Assembly: GCA_024654525.1 (NCBI GenBank)
Contig: JANLHI010000022.1
Span: forward strand, 3,931-67,930
Direction: 5' to 3'
Source: Patescibacteria group bacterium
GTDB taxonomy: Bacteria > Patescibacteriota > Minisyncoccia > UBA6257 > 2-01-FULL-56-20
DNA: 64,000 bases
Made by a program: the position numbers and the translations under genes
Part shown: piece after piece, positions 48,847 to 58,692 of the stretch
How positions within the stretch are numbered: the first letter of the stretch is position 1
How the letters are laid out: each line of letters opens with the position of its first letter
Notes under the pieces: model-generated
The model's input: only the letters and a program-made list of their open reading frames with translations
What the model was told of the DNA's origin: nothing
The model's database searches: none

Positions 48847-49575
48847 TCAGATATCTTTCCTATCCTCGGAAATACAAATTTTTGTTCGCTTGAGTTTTAA
48901 AAGTATCGCCGGAAAATCGAATTGCTCCGTAAACGCACGGATATAGGCGCCAGAGGAAACGCGAAAGCGGACTGTGAATATCTGCATGTTTGCGGTATGT
49001 TTCTCGAAATATGTTTTCCAACCAGCAAGGATTTTTTCCTGCCGAAAATCTCCATGTATCTTCCCAATCGAATCTTTTATGTATTCTACCACCTCTTTCG
49101 CCTGCACCGTTTCTCTACCAATAAGAATCGCTTCTTTTATTTCCACCGGAAGCATCGGTCGGACAATGCCCATGTTTCCATTCTTGTAATGATCAAAAAG
49201 TTTAACGCCATCAACCGTGTGTCCCGAAAACCACGGATATGTTTGTTCGCGAAGCGCACGGATTTTTTCGAGTGATGCAGTAATGCGTTCCTTGGAAACG
49301 GCACTCTCGCCTTCGTGATCGATAATTCCAAGCGCGTCGTATGTGTCTGTCGCCACACCTATCAGAAATGTGGCGACGTATTCCTTATCGCACGAAAGAA
49401 AATCCTCGCGATGATTATTCTCGTCCCCCACCAGCACCAGCATTTCTCCCTCCGCCATCGGATCAAGCCGCCCGGCGTATGAGAGTACCTCATCTTTCAT
49501 CTCCGGTTTTTCGATACGCACGCGCTCAAGTGTTTCAAGAGGCGTTTCCCCAACGCGTTTTGAGATGAGAATCAT
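48847..49575 (-). CDS. truB: TruB-like tRNA pseudouridine synthase
   Basis: AGRLDPMAEG, TDTYD, SSGAYIR. Confidence 0.75.
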   Translation of the reverse strand: MILISKRVGETPLETLERVRIEKPEMKDEVLSYAGRLDPMAEGEMLVLVGDENNHREDFLSCDKEYVATFLIGVATDTYDALGIIDHEGESAVSKERITASLEKIRALREQTYPWFSGHTVDGVKLFDHYKNGNMGIVRPMLPVEIKEAILIGRETVQAKEVVEYIKDSIGKIHGDFRQEKILAGWKTYFEKHTANMQIFTVRFRVSSGAYIRAFTEQFDFPAILLKLKRTKICISEDRKDI

Positions 49576-49690
49576 GTGCGTATTCTATCCTCTTTATCTT
49601 CCTTATTCAAAATTTATCCTTCACTACTATTTATAAAAAATCAGCCGAGGTGCGTTTTAAAGCACTCGGCGATTTTTAGATTTGGAGGAT

Positions 49691-49942
49691 TTACCCCCTT
49701 GTTATCTCTTTGATAGCCCCTTCTCTGTGAGCAGAAAGGAACTCTTTGAATGAAATGTACTCCTTTTTCGGAATATTTCCTCCACCACGACTCACCATTG
49801 TTTTGATGGAGCCCCCTCCCTCAAGTTCGGGGTGCACATTCATTTCTATGACCCTTCTTTGTGTCCCACTACGGGAGATAATAACATCCCCCCTTCTGAG
49901 AAGTCGCAAAACTTCATCCACCATATCTTCTCTGTTTTTCAT
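49691..49942 (-). CDS. hypothetical protein
   Basis: 83-aa ORF followed by a hairpin and T-run. Confidence 0.6.
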   Translation of the reverse strand: MKNREDMVDEVLRLLRRGDVIISRSGTQRRVIEMNVHPELEGGGSIKTMVSRGGGNIPKKEYISFKEFLSAHREGAIKEITRG

Positions 49943-50153
49943 ATCATTTCTTTCTTATTTTGATTTTTCAATACCGTATAAAACACATCCGGTGATTTAT
50001 TATAGCATTAAAATGCTATAATGTCAATCCCCGCAATGGTTCAATAGCTGGAATGCCCCACGCGATGCATATTGCATATTCAGACAACCCGAGTCTCCCT
50101 CAAGTCCCCATGTGGACGCGGTGCATTTGGTGCCTATTTTACCATCTCCCGCA

Positions 50154-50720
50154 CTAGAAATTAGGAATAATTAAATCGGCCGCATCTTTCGGCTTGTACT
50201 CGTTAACGTATTCATCATCATTCCTTTTCCACGGTCCATCCCATTTTTCATCTTGAGAATTTTTATAAACCTCACGATCGCGTTTTTTCCCTCGTTCACT
50301 CGCGATTGTTTGGTCGCAATCAATCCAAATTTTATATGCAAAATAGCGCAGTAATTCCGGACGAAAAAGACCGACTCCTTCAACAATGAGAATTCCGGAA
50401 TGGGAAACCGTTATGCTTTTAATAATTTTATTTTCCGCGTGATCCCAATGACCATATGCCACGGAGTTTTCTCCCTTTAAAAAAGGAGTGAGTACTTCCC
50501 TTTCGAGTCTCTCAAAATCCATTCCTTTCCAGTGCGTGTAATTCTCAATCGTCCTGTCTATTCCAAAATAATCTACGCAAATCACAGGAGCGTTCATTGC
50601 AATTCCTAATAAATCCGCAAAAGTTGACTTACCCGCGCCTCCAAAACCTGAAATAGCGATAACCGCCGGAGTTTTTAGCGATATGATTTTCTCGATAAGA
50701 TTTGGATTGATTTCTTTCAT
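50154..50720 (-). CDS. uridine-kinase-like P-loop protein
   Basis: GFGGAGKST and LIVEG. Confidence 0.8.
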   Translation of the reverse strand: MKEINPNLIEKIISLKTPAVIAISGFGGAGKSTFADLLGIAMNAPVICVDYFGIDRTIENYTHWKGMDFERLEREVLTPFLKGENSVAYGHWDHAENKIIKSITVSHSGILIVEGVGLFRPELLRYFAYKIWIDCDQTIASERGKKRDREVYKNSQDEKWDGPWKRNDDEYVNEYKPKDAADLIIPNF

Positions 50721-50812
50721 AATTTTTGGTGAAATTCATTGTATCATTTCTCCATTGCATTTTTCTAAAAAAGAAACTCAAACTAATATATGATCAATCA
50801 TCATTCTATACC

Positions 50813-51382
50813 CTACTTTTTCCTCCTAAAGCACCCCACCATATGATCATTTACCATTCCCGTTGCTTGCATGTGGGCGTAAAGTGTCGTGGGTCCCAAA
50901 AATTTAAATCCCCGCTTCTTTAAGTCCTTTGCCCATACAACCGCCTCGTCGTTGAACGGTGCGATGTCCTTCATCGTGCGGATTTTGTTTTTTATCGGTT
51001 TTCCACCTACAAAACTCCACATATATTTCGAAAAAGTCCCGAACTCTTTCTTGACTTCGAGAAATTTCCCTGCGTTGTGCAGTGTCGCCTCAATTTTCAA
51101 TCTATTTCTCACAATTCCCGCGTCCTTCATTAAACGTTCGGAATCTTTCTTCCCGAACTTTGAAATCTTCACGGGATCAAAACCCGCAAACGCTTTCTTA
51201 AAGTTTTTCCGCTTGTACAAAATAGTGCGCCAACTAAGCCCCGCTTGAAACGCCTCAAGACACAAAAATTCAAAAATTTTCTTATCGTCGCGAAGTACCG
51301 CTCCCCATTCCGTATCGTGATACTCTCGCATCAAACCATCATCCCCGTCTGCCCATACGCACCGTTTTTGCGGTATTGCCAT
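50813..51382 (-). CDS. tag: DNA-3-methyladenine glycosylase I
   Basis: YHDTEWG, QAGLSW, GMVNDH..C. Confidence 0.95.
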   Translation of the reverse strand: MAIPQKRCVWADGDDGLMREYHDTEWGAVLRDDKKIFEFLCLEAFQAGLSWRTILYKRKNFKKAFAGFDPVKISKFGKKDSERLMKDAGIVRNRLKIEATLHNAGKFLEVKKEFGTFSKYMWSFVGGKPIKNKIRTMKDIAPFNDEAVVWAKDLKKRGFKFLGPTTLYAHMQATGMVNDHMVGCFRRKK

Positions 51383-51435
51383 ACTTTAATTTTACCGTAT
51401 CAAACCGTTTCTTCAAGCCTTTTCAAAAAGAGTTA

Positions 51436-52062
51436 TCATTTCACAATCTTTACCAACCGAATTCCTCCATACCCGATAAGCAATAGGGCGACAATAGCGT
51501 TTGATACCTGAACAAAAGAAATTGGCACTGTATTTTTTATCAGCGACATCACAATGGCGGAACTCCCCATAAAGAGAAATGTGGACAATCCCATCGCTAC
51601 ACCAAAAATGACAAGATCGTGTTTTGTGTAGTTGTATTCAAGCGCCTTTACAGTAAACAAACTTGTTACCGTCACGATGGTCAAAGGACTCGATATGGTG
51701 AGCAATAATGCAGCCGTAAAACTCGAAAGGATGCCCACCGGACTTGCAATCGCATCGGTAGAAATATTCTCGCCTGTTATGCTTTTGATAATCATTACTC
51801 CAAAGAGTATCAATACCACGGAACTAATGACTCCAAAAGTCTTTCTGACTTTCTTATGCGTCAGTAATTTCCCAACCCCCACAATCGCAAGGGTAATATA
51901 AAAATAATCAGCAAACGCCACGCCACCCGCACCGGCAATACCATCAAAGACTGTCTTCTGTAGCGACAGGCTGATAACAAAAAAGAAGGCCGGTCCGACA
52001 GCAAACTGAAGGATAAATCCGGTTATTAGACCATTTAAAAAAACACTTCTTTTTTCCATCAA
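51436..52062 (-). CDS. LysE family transporter
   Basis: AVGP..G..AD pattern; six TM. Confidence 0.8.
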   Translation of the reverse strand: MMEKRSVFLNGLITGFILQFAVGPAFFFVISLSLQKTVFDGIAGAGGVAFADYFYITLAIVGVGKLLTHKKVRKTFGVISSVVLILFGVMIIKSITGENISTDAIASPVGILSSFTAALLLTISSPLTIVTVTSLFTVKALEYNYTKHDLVIFGVAMGLSTFLFMGSSAIVMSLIKNTVPISFVQVSNAIVALLLIGYGGIRLVKIVK

Positions 52063-52068
52063 ATTATT

Positions 52069-52332
52069 TTACCCTTTTAACTTCTTTACCTTACTAATCC
52101 CGTGAGAGGCGGTGCACTTCGGGCGCACGCAGACTCTACTTCTCGTCATAATCATAGAAAGCGCAAACGCGAGAAATCCCAGACCAAGACCAATAAAAAG
52201 CCCGGCGAGTAGCTCATTAAAAAGAAATCCAAATCCGATACCCAGCAACACGCCGGAGGGTACAAATAAACCCGATGGGCGTCTCTTGCCGTCATGGCAA
52301 CACTCTTTCCCTTCGCATTTTTCGTGTTTCAT
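52069..52332 (-). CDS. small membrane protein
   Basis: Gly-rich two-TM segment. Confidence 0.65.
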   Translation of the reverse strand: MKHEKCEGKECCHDGKRRPSGLFVPSGVLLGIGFGFLFNELLAGLFIGLGLGFLAFALSMIMTRSRVCVRPKCTASHGISKVKKLKG

Positions 52333-52362
52333 ATATTTAAATGATAACTCGACGCGGTGATT

Positions 52363-52953
52363 CTATCTGATTCCCGTGTCGCAAGAAAGATCTGCCTTCA
52401 CCATTTCGTCGGGACCTATACTTATCTTTTTCATCTCGCAATACGGGAATGGCTGACCACCAATCGCCTGCACACTGAATTCGCCCGGGGGAAGCATTGC
52501 TCTATACCCTCCTTCTTTGCCCGTCTCCACGCTGGAGAAAAGCGAACTTTTCGAGCTATTTTTTTCAATGATTTGCACCGTAGTCTCATACCCTTTATCC
52601 GCGCAATTCGGATCGGGCGGATTTCTCATCACGGGACACATGGGCCCAAGAAGCACCCGCCCTTCCACGCCGGATTTAAACGGGAGAATTCCCATGTCTC
52701 CACCGGCGTTCTCTTCGCCGATCCCTTGTCGCTCGGGAATATGAAACGTTTCTATAATAACCTCTGCAAATGTCCGATCTCCATGCCTGCACTGACGCGG
52801 ATAACTTTCCATCACGGGATTCCCCACTGCTACACACTCGTCAAAATTGGAAACCATCTTCACCGAATATTCTTCGGTTGTCATTTTCCACATCACACCA
52901 AACCCCAATATCACAAGCACCACTATTATTACGATTGTCTTTTCCTTTTTCAT
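52363..52953 (-). CDS. exported hypothetical protein
   Basis: TM; FDECVAVGNPVMESYPRQC; GPMCPV; CDTGIR. Confidence 0.8.
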   Translation of the reverse strand: MKKEKTIVIIVVLVILGFGVMWKMTTEEYSVKMVSNFDECVAVGNPVMESYPRQCRHGDRTFAEVIIETFHIPERQGIGEENAGGDMGILPFKSGVEGRVLLGPMCPVMRNPPDPNCADKGYETTVQIIEKNSSKSSLFSSVETGKEGGYRAMLPPGEFSVQAIGGQPFPYCEMKKISIGPDEMVKADLSCDTGIR

Positions 52954-52985
52954 AAATCTTTTTTATACCCAATGACGAGGATTAC

Positions 52986-54134
52986 TTATCCCTCCCCCGG
53001 ACCGCCAAGCGTAATTTTTTCCGGTTCGAAAAATACTCTCCTGTCGCCCTCTTCCACCACACCCACTTCGGCAAGGTCGTAGCCCGATTTTTTTCCGAGC
53101 GCAAGCGTACGTGCCACTTCTTCCTTTGGTACAAACACATAATACCCCCCGCCCCAGTTGAATGTTTTGAGACAATCTTTCATTTCAATTCCTAGTCCGC
53201 GCACAAATTGCATTACCGGCGGTACGGGAACCCATGAGTGAATACGATAACTATATTGCCGCTTATCGAATGCGAGCTTTCCCACGCCATCACCCGTACC
53301 GGGAAGGAGCGCGTGAATATTCACCTTCTCCGTAAGAAGCGTTTCGATGAGCGCCACGTACGAACGCGTGGGGATAAGAATTTCTTCGCCAAGAGTCTTC
53401 CCATTCGGAAGCTTGGTTAAAAACTGATCCGGCAACTCGAGCGCTTTTTTAATAAGGAGTGAGATGCCGTTTGAGTGTACGCCGGATGATGTTGCGGCAA
53501 TAATCCGGTCTCCGGGCGCGAGCTTCTTCCCGGTCACAAGATTTTCCTTCGGCGCAATAATTCCTGTGGTACACCCCGAAAGAGTTGCCACCATTTTCAC
53601 GGGAGGTTTTGGATTCACAATGTATTTCACCGAGGCGGACTCCCCCGCAGGCATTGCCATCCCGACTTCTTCACAAATTTTCAAAAATCCCGCCGCCAGA
53701 TCACGCGCACGATTTTCATCTGAGTACCACGCACTGTCAGACGCTTCAATCTGATCGGTAAACACCACAGGAAGCGCACCCTGCGCAATCACATCGTTTA
53801 CCGTCATCATGGCGGTATCTATCGCAATACTGTCGTAATAAGTTCGAGCACCAGCTCGCCCTGAGCCTGTCGAAGGGTTGCCCCCAAACTGATACATCCA
53901 TTCTGCAATCCAGTTTTTGTTTCCCAAATCTTCCTGCGTCTGACACCAGCGATGCGATTCGTTTCCGCGATATTCAAACACTGCGCCGTGTGCACCAGTC
54001 GCTTCTTCGGTAATAAACACTCCTCGCTTTTCAGGAAATTTCAGCGTCTTCCGACCCGCAGAAACCATATACTGCTTGAAGGGCTCCATTTGAACATAAT
54101 CAACGCCCGCTTTGGCATATTCGCTTTGAGACAT
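52986..54134 (-). CDS. purM: AIR synthase (divergent)
   Basis: YAKAGVD, VNDV, GES, SSGVHSNG, TFNWGGG. Confidence 0.85.
   Translation of the reverse strand: MSQSEYAKAGVDYVQMEPFKQYMVSAGRKTLKFPEKRGVFITEEATGAHGAVFEYRGNESHRWCQTQEDLGNKNWIAEWMYQFGGNPSTGSGRAGARTYYDSIAIDTAMMTVNDVIAQGALPVVFTDQIEASDSAWYSDENRARDLAAGFLKICEEVGMAMPAGESASVKYIVNPKPPVKMVATLSGCTTGIIAPKENLVTGKKLAPGDRIIAATSSGVHSNGISLLIKKALELPDQFLTKLPNGKTLGEEILIPTRSYVALIETLLTEKVNIHALLPGTGDGVGKLAFDKRQYSYRIHSWVPVPPVMQFVRGLGIEMKDCLKTFNWGGGYYVFVPKEEVARTLALGKKSGYDLAEVGVVEEGDRRVFFEPEKITLGGPGEG
53859..53877. repeat. REP-like element in frame inside purM
   Basis: CCCTGAGCCTGTCGAAGGG, within NPSTGSGRA. Confidence 0.6.
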
Positions 54135-54152
54135 CTAATTATGAATAATAAA

Positions 54153-54734
54153 TTACACTTTAGAAAAATCCGATAATAACTTTCGTAATTCCTGCTCGGC
54201 TGTCGCGGAATCCTTAAACGTCTTATAACCATACCGCTCTGCTTCTTTTTTGTACATTACCCTTTCGCAATAATAAAACAACTCCGCCTCCTTACGTTGT
54301 AATGCTTCCGTTTTTCCCCAACGAGGACGCTCTCTATTTCTCCGAAAAACCTCTTCAACAGAGTTACCAAGAAGAAACGCTCCTCCAAAGTCAAAATTGC
54401 GTTTTGCAAACTCGGGAATGATATTTACACCTTCAACGATCGCGCCCTTTCCCGATTGGCGCACACTTTGAATTTTTTGCAGTACGGTAGGTAAAAATGC
54501 CTCCGATTGGCGTTTAATATTTTTCCAATTCTCCTCACATGAAACCGTGCGTAAATATTCTTCTTCGTCTTTATCCCAAAAAAAATTAGCCCACGGTTTA
54601 AGCTTTTCATCTTTCTTCATATCTCCGCGAAACGCGTCTATATCAATATGCACAAGCCCGAATTCCGCCGCAAGCTTTGCCGCGAGGAAACTTTTTCCCG
54701 CCGTTGGAATACCACCGATAAATGCGAAAGGCAT
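54153..54734 (-). CDS. P-loop kinase-like protein
   Basis: GGIPTAGKS and IVEGV. Confidence 0.75.
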   Translation of the reverse strand: MPFAFIGGIPTAGKSFLAAKLAAEFGLVHIDIDAFRGDMKKDEKLKPWANFFWDKDEEEYLRTVSCEENWKNIKRQSEAFLPTVLQKIQSVRQSGKGAIVEGVNIIPEFAKRNFDFGGAFLLGNSVEEVFRRNRERPRWGKTEALQRKEAELFYYCERVMYKKEAERYGYKTFKDSATAEQELRKLLSDFSKV

Positions 54735-54896
54735 AAGAAAATAGAAAGTAGAAAGATGGAAAATAGAATCGATATGCTACTGGGTCATTGTACATCCGTG
54801 TTTAAAAAAACGGAAAGCGACGCGAGGAATCCCCTTGCGCCGCTACTTATATGGAGAAAAAAACAAATAGTCAACTTACTTATTGAATCTTCTCTC

Positions 54897-54926
54897 TATT
54901 CTCTTATTCGCGCAAATAAGAGAATA
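54897..54926. repeat. 30-bp imperfect palindrome, copy 2
   Basis: 27/30 identical to 48195-48224. Confidence 0.7.
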
Positions 54927-54936
54927 GTTCTTAAAT

Positions 54937-55458
54937 TTATTTTTCTCTCAAATACTTTTCGAATCCGATTTTCTCCAGTTTCTGGGCTTTCGCAATGAGC
55001 GACTTCTCTAATCCTTTCTTGTAGTCCAAAAATTTCTTTTGTAATTTTTTGTCGCTTATCGCAAGCATCTGTATTGCAAGAAGTCCCGCATTCTTCGCGC
55101 CATCAATCGCAACAGTGGCGACGGGAACTCCGGGAGGCATTTGCACTGTGGCATAGAGCGCATCAACACCATGTAAAGCGCCAGACCGAATAGGCACTCC
55201 AATAATTGGTAGCGTGGTGTGTGCCGCCATTGCCCCCGCAAGATGCGCCGCACTTCCCGCGCCCGCGATGATAACTTTCAAACCACGCGCAACGGCGGTC
55301 TGCGCATACTCTGCCGCCCGCGCAGGAAAACGATGGGCGGAAACAACCGTAATTTCATATATCACACCGAATTCTTCCAAAACTTTCGCCCCGTCTTGCA
55401 TCACGGGCAAATCCGAGTCACTTCCCATAATTATTCCAACTTGTGGATTGTGAGTCAT
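54937..55458 (-). CDS. purE: N5-CAIR mutase
   Basis: MGSDSD, SAHR, AAHL, QMPPGVPV. Confidence 0.95.
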   Translation of the reverse strand: MTHNPQVGIIMGSDSDLPVMQDGAKVLEEFGVIYEITVVSAHRFPARAAEYAQTAVARGLKVIIAGAGSAAHLAGAMAAHTTLPIIGVPIRSGALHGVDALYATVQMPPGVPVATVAIDGAKNAGLLAIQMLAISDKKLQKKFLDYKKGLEKSLIAKAQKLEKIGFEKYLREK

Positions 55459-55479
55459 ACGTTATTGATCATAAGTTAA

Positions 55480-56322
55480 TCAATACTTACCCATAAGATA
55501 ATCCATTTTCATTACTTTGAATATAGCATCAAAATTCCCAAGAATCTTCTTTTCTCCTTGGGAAAACGTCACAATAAAATGCACTTGCACATTCGGAAGA
55601 TCTGAATCTTCAATATCTACAAGTCGAGCTTCCACGGTAAATGCGCACGTTTCAGGAATTACGAAACCTTCTGTTGCATTGATATAAAGACGCTGAAGCC
55701 TAATCGACTCTCGCACTTCTTCAAACGAATCACCGGGAAAATAATTATTTCCGTATGAGCCGGGGATGGTATGCCCCAAATTGATTTTTAAGGAGTCGTG
55801 CGTCGTGGTCATCCAACGTATTTTCTTCCCATGATCTGCAAAAAGTTTTATTGCTGTTTCATACAGCGTAGAAAAGCTCATCCCCACCTGCGCATGTTCC
55901 GCCGCCTTGTATACCACGTTATATATGTCAGTGAGATGTTGTCGCACCTGTCTGTCACCTCCCCCATACACAGTACACCCCACATCGCCAATCATCCCGG
56001 TGGCTCGGTCTATCGGTGAGGCATAGAGAATCCCAACCGTATCACCATTGAAACGATTATTTTCTGTCGGAAAAAATTGCGGACTTCGCAGTGTTTCAAA
56101 TTGAAGTCTTGTATATGGTTTTTTCTCCCCAAAGAGCACTGCCACTCCTCCCGGCGGAGGGTCGTACCAACCCATAGGATAAAATTCTTTGTGCGCTGAA
56201 AGATTAGCGAGGATTCTATCACAGACTTCCGCTTCCGAAATTCCTTCATGATTTTCAAGTGCCTTGGCAATAATTATTCCCGCAGCTTCCCGAGATTTAA
56301 CAATGGTTCCTATGCAATTCAT
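55480..56322 (-). CDS. M24 (pita-bread fold) peptidase-like protein
   Basis: ISEAEV, GDVGCT, LGHTI, FTVE; divergent. Confidence 0.6.
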   Translation of the reverse strand: MNCIGTIVKSREAAGIIIAKALENHEGISEAEVCDRILANLSAHKEFYPMGWYDPPPGGVAVLFGEKKPYTRLQFETLRSPQFFPTENNRFNGDTVGILYASPIDRATGMIGDVGCTVYGGGDRQVRQHLTDIYNVVYKAAEHAQVGMSFSTLYETAIKLFADHGKKIRWMTTTHDSLKINLGHTIPGSYGNNYFPGDSFEEVRESIRLQRLYINATEGFVIPETCAFTVEARLVDIEDSDLPNVQVHFIVTFSQGEKKILGNFDAIFKVMKMDYLMGKY

Positions 56323-56409
56323 TTTTCCAAAAAATACTTCTTTATTTTATTATAGTGCACCGAACTCCTTAAAAGTACAAGAGACCTGCGGATTAATCCG
56401 AAAGGTCTC

Positions 56410-56661
56410 TTATGCTGAAATTTCGGGGCTAAGCCCCGTGAATCTTGCCACCGTCTCAATGAGACGGGTGGTAACGACCTCCATTCTTCCCACATCATTG
56501 AAAACAATGATGTCGAATATTGGTCGCCGTAATCGGGGCGGAAAATCGGGTATCGGATCACTCCGAAGAATAGAGTTGATCACCACCGCGTAGCGATACG
56601 CGATCCGCAGTCTCCTCTGTCGCTCTTTCTTCGGCGCACGAATGAAGATGCGAAGCATCAT
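56410..56661 (-). CDS. hypothetical protein
   Basis: Short ORF preceded by AGAGAGGA. Confidence 0.45.
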   Translation of the reverse strand: MMLRIFIRAPKKERQRRLRIAYRYAVVINSILRSDPIPDFPPRLRRPIFDIIVFNDVGRMEVVTTRLIETVARFTGLSPEISA

Positions 56662-56766
56662 TCCTCTCTTTGTTAAATGTGCGTTGTTTACTAACGCCTC
56701 TAGCGTAACGCCGTTATACACCATTTGTCAATCTCACCGCGCACCCAATGACTGACAATCAATAGA

Positions 56767-58056
56767 TTACGGTCTGTAACGCAATGATTTTGCACCAATA
56801 TCTTTTCGGTAATACATTCCCTCAAAATGAATCTTCCCCACTGCCTGATATGCCTTGTCGAGTGCTTCTTTCAAAGTCTTGCCTATGGCAGTAACACCCA
56901 ATACTCGCCCACCAGACGTAACTAATTTTTCACCCTCTAGTTTCGTTCCCGCGTGAAAGACCACTACACCTGGTATTTTCTCAGCTTCTTCGATACCAGT
57001 GATTTCTTTTCCTTTTTCATAACTACCTGGATACCCTTTACTGCAAAGAATAACACAGCACGCAAACCCAGGGTTCCACTCTATATTCACATTCTCAAGT
57101 GTCCCTTCAATGCACGCCTCGACGATATCCAATAAATCGGTTTTAAGGAGTCGCATATAACTCTGCGTTTCCGGGTCTCCAAAACGAGCATTAAACTCGA
57201 GCGTCTTTACACCACCCGAACTCATCTTGAGACCCGGATACAAACACCCTGCGAACGGATATCCCTTCGCTTTCATTCCTATGAGCGCAGGCGCGACGAT
57301 TCGCTTTTCAAATTCGACGAGCATCTCCGCCGTCACCCACGGCAAAGGCGCGATGGTACCCATGCCTCCCGTGTTCGATCCCGTATCATTCTCGCCTATG
57401 GGCTTATGATCCTGTGCCGTCGGGAAAAGCGAATACGAAACACCATCCGAAAACACATGAAGTGAAATTTCCTGCCCATCCAAATACTCCTCAATTACCA
57501 CTTCCGCTCCCGCCGCACCAAACATTTTCTCCGCCATTATTCTTTGTAAAGCTTCTTCCGCCTCGCTCATCGTTTCACACACAAAAACACCTTTTCCTAA
57601 CGCGAGTCCGCTCGCCTTCACCACAATCGGCGCGCTCCGCGATGCGAGATATTTTTTTGCGGCTTCATAATCGGAAAAAGTTTTAAACTCCGCCGTAGGA
57701 ATCCCCGCCTCTGCCATAAATTGCTTCGAAAATACTTTTGACGCCTCGATTTCCGCCGCGGCTTTTGTGGGACCAAAGGCGGGAATGCCTTTTGCCCGAA
57801 GCACGTCTATAAGCCCCAGCGCAAGCGCATCGTCGGGACCCACCACCACGCAATCCACTCTTCTCTCCACCGCAAACGCGGTGAGTTTCTCGATATACGT
57901 CGCAACAATAGGCACATTCTCGCCCAACAATTTCGTGCCGCCGTTCCCCGGCGCAATATAAAGCTTCTCCACGCGCAACGATTGCGCAAGTTTCCACGCA
58001 AGCGCGTGTTCGCGCCCGCCAGAACCAACAACTAATATTGTTTTTCCACTACTCAT
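56767..58056 (-). CDS. purD: phosphoribosylamine--glycine ligase
   Basis: GSGGREHA, NTGGMG, EFNARFGDPE. Confidence 0.95.
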   Translation of the reverse strand: MSSGKTILVVGSGGREHALAWKLAQSLRVEKLYIAPGNGGTKLLGENVPIVATYIEKLTAFAVERRVDCVVVGPDDALALGLIDVLRAKGIPAFGPTKAAAEIEASKVFSKQFMAEAGIPTAEFKTFSDYEAAKKYLASRSAPIVVKASGLALGKGVFVCETMSEAEEALQRIMAEKMFGAAGAEVVIEEYLDGQEISLHVFSDGVSYSLFPTAQDHKPIGENDTGSNTGGMGTIAPLPWVTAEMLVEFEKRIVAPALIGMKAKGYPFAGCLYPGLKMSSGGVKTLEFNARFGDPETQSYMRLLKTDLLDIVEACIEGTLENVNIEWNPGFACCVILCSKGYPGSYEKGKEITGIEEAEKIPGVVVFHAGTKLEGEKLVTSGGRVLGVTAIGKTLKEALDKAYQAVGKIHFEGMYYRKDIGAKSLRYRP

Positions 58057-58691
58057 TATTTTGGTTGTATCCCCAACTTTCCGGCAACCCACAATATAAA
58101 ATCCAATTTTTTAGAATCAGGAATTGGACAATCACTAAACTTTTTATTGAAAACCAATAACATATTTTTACATCTCCCATCAATCCGCATCTGCTTATAA
58201 AAATCTTTGAGTGTTGTGTAATAACTCAAGTACTTTTCAATCCTCTTATATTTTGACGGATAACCGAAACCAAATATATGAGATATCTTTGAATCATAAA
58301 TGGGATATTCTGGATTTATCATATTTAGTAGTTTTGTAGTAAATGAGAACTGGACAGCATTACGTCCTTGCACATCTTCAAAACTCTGTAATTCTAGCAA
58401 TATTTTTGCTACATCTTTATCGGTAAAAGATTCTTTTTTCCGAAAATACTGCATCAACTCAAAATACTCATGTTTGAATTCAGGTGATAACCCAGCTCTA
58501 TCTAATCCATAATATGAACGAAATACAAATTGAAAAACAAAATTATTTCTTACATCTCCCTTTTTGAACTCCGCCGTTAAGAATTTATACACATGCACAT
58601 CTTCGCACTCAATCAATGCAACAATTCTATGAATATTATTACTTATAAACAAAATTATTTCCTCTAGACTTCGCATATAAGTTTTCTTCAT
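58056..58691 (-). CDS. AT-rich hypothetical protein between purN and purD
   Basis: FSFTTKLL..PIYDS..LDFILW; its stop overlaps the purD ATG. Confidence 0.7.
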   Translation of the reverse strand: MKKTYMRSLEEIILFISNNIHRIVALIECEDVHVYKFLTAEFKKGDVRNNFVFQFVFRSYYGLDRAGLSPEFKHEYFELMQYFRKKESFTDKDVAKILLELQSFEDVQGRNAVQFSFTTKLLNMINPEYPIYDSKISHIFGFGYPSKYKRIEKYLSYYTTLKDFYKQMRIDGRCKNMLLVFNKKFSDCPIPDSKKLDFILWVAGKLGIQPK

Positions 58692-58692
58692 A

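Noticed and set aside
50016-50153. Possible small RNA after a TGCTATAAT extended -10
   Set aside because: No recognisable fold, ORF or terminator.
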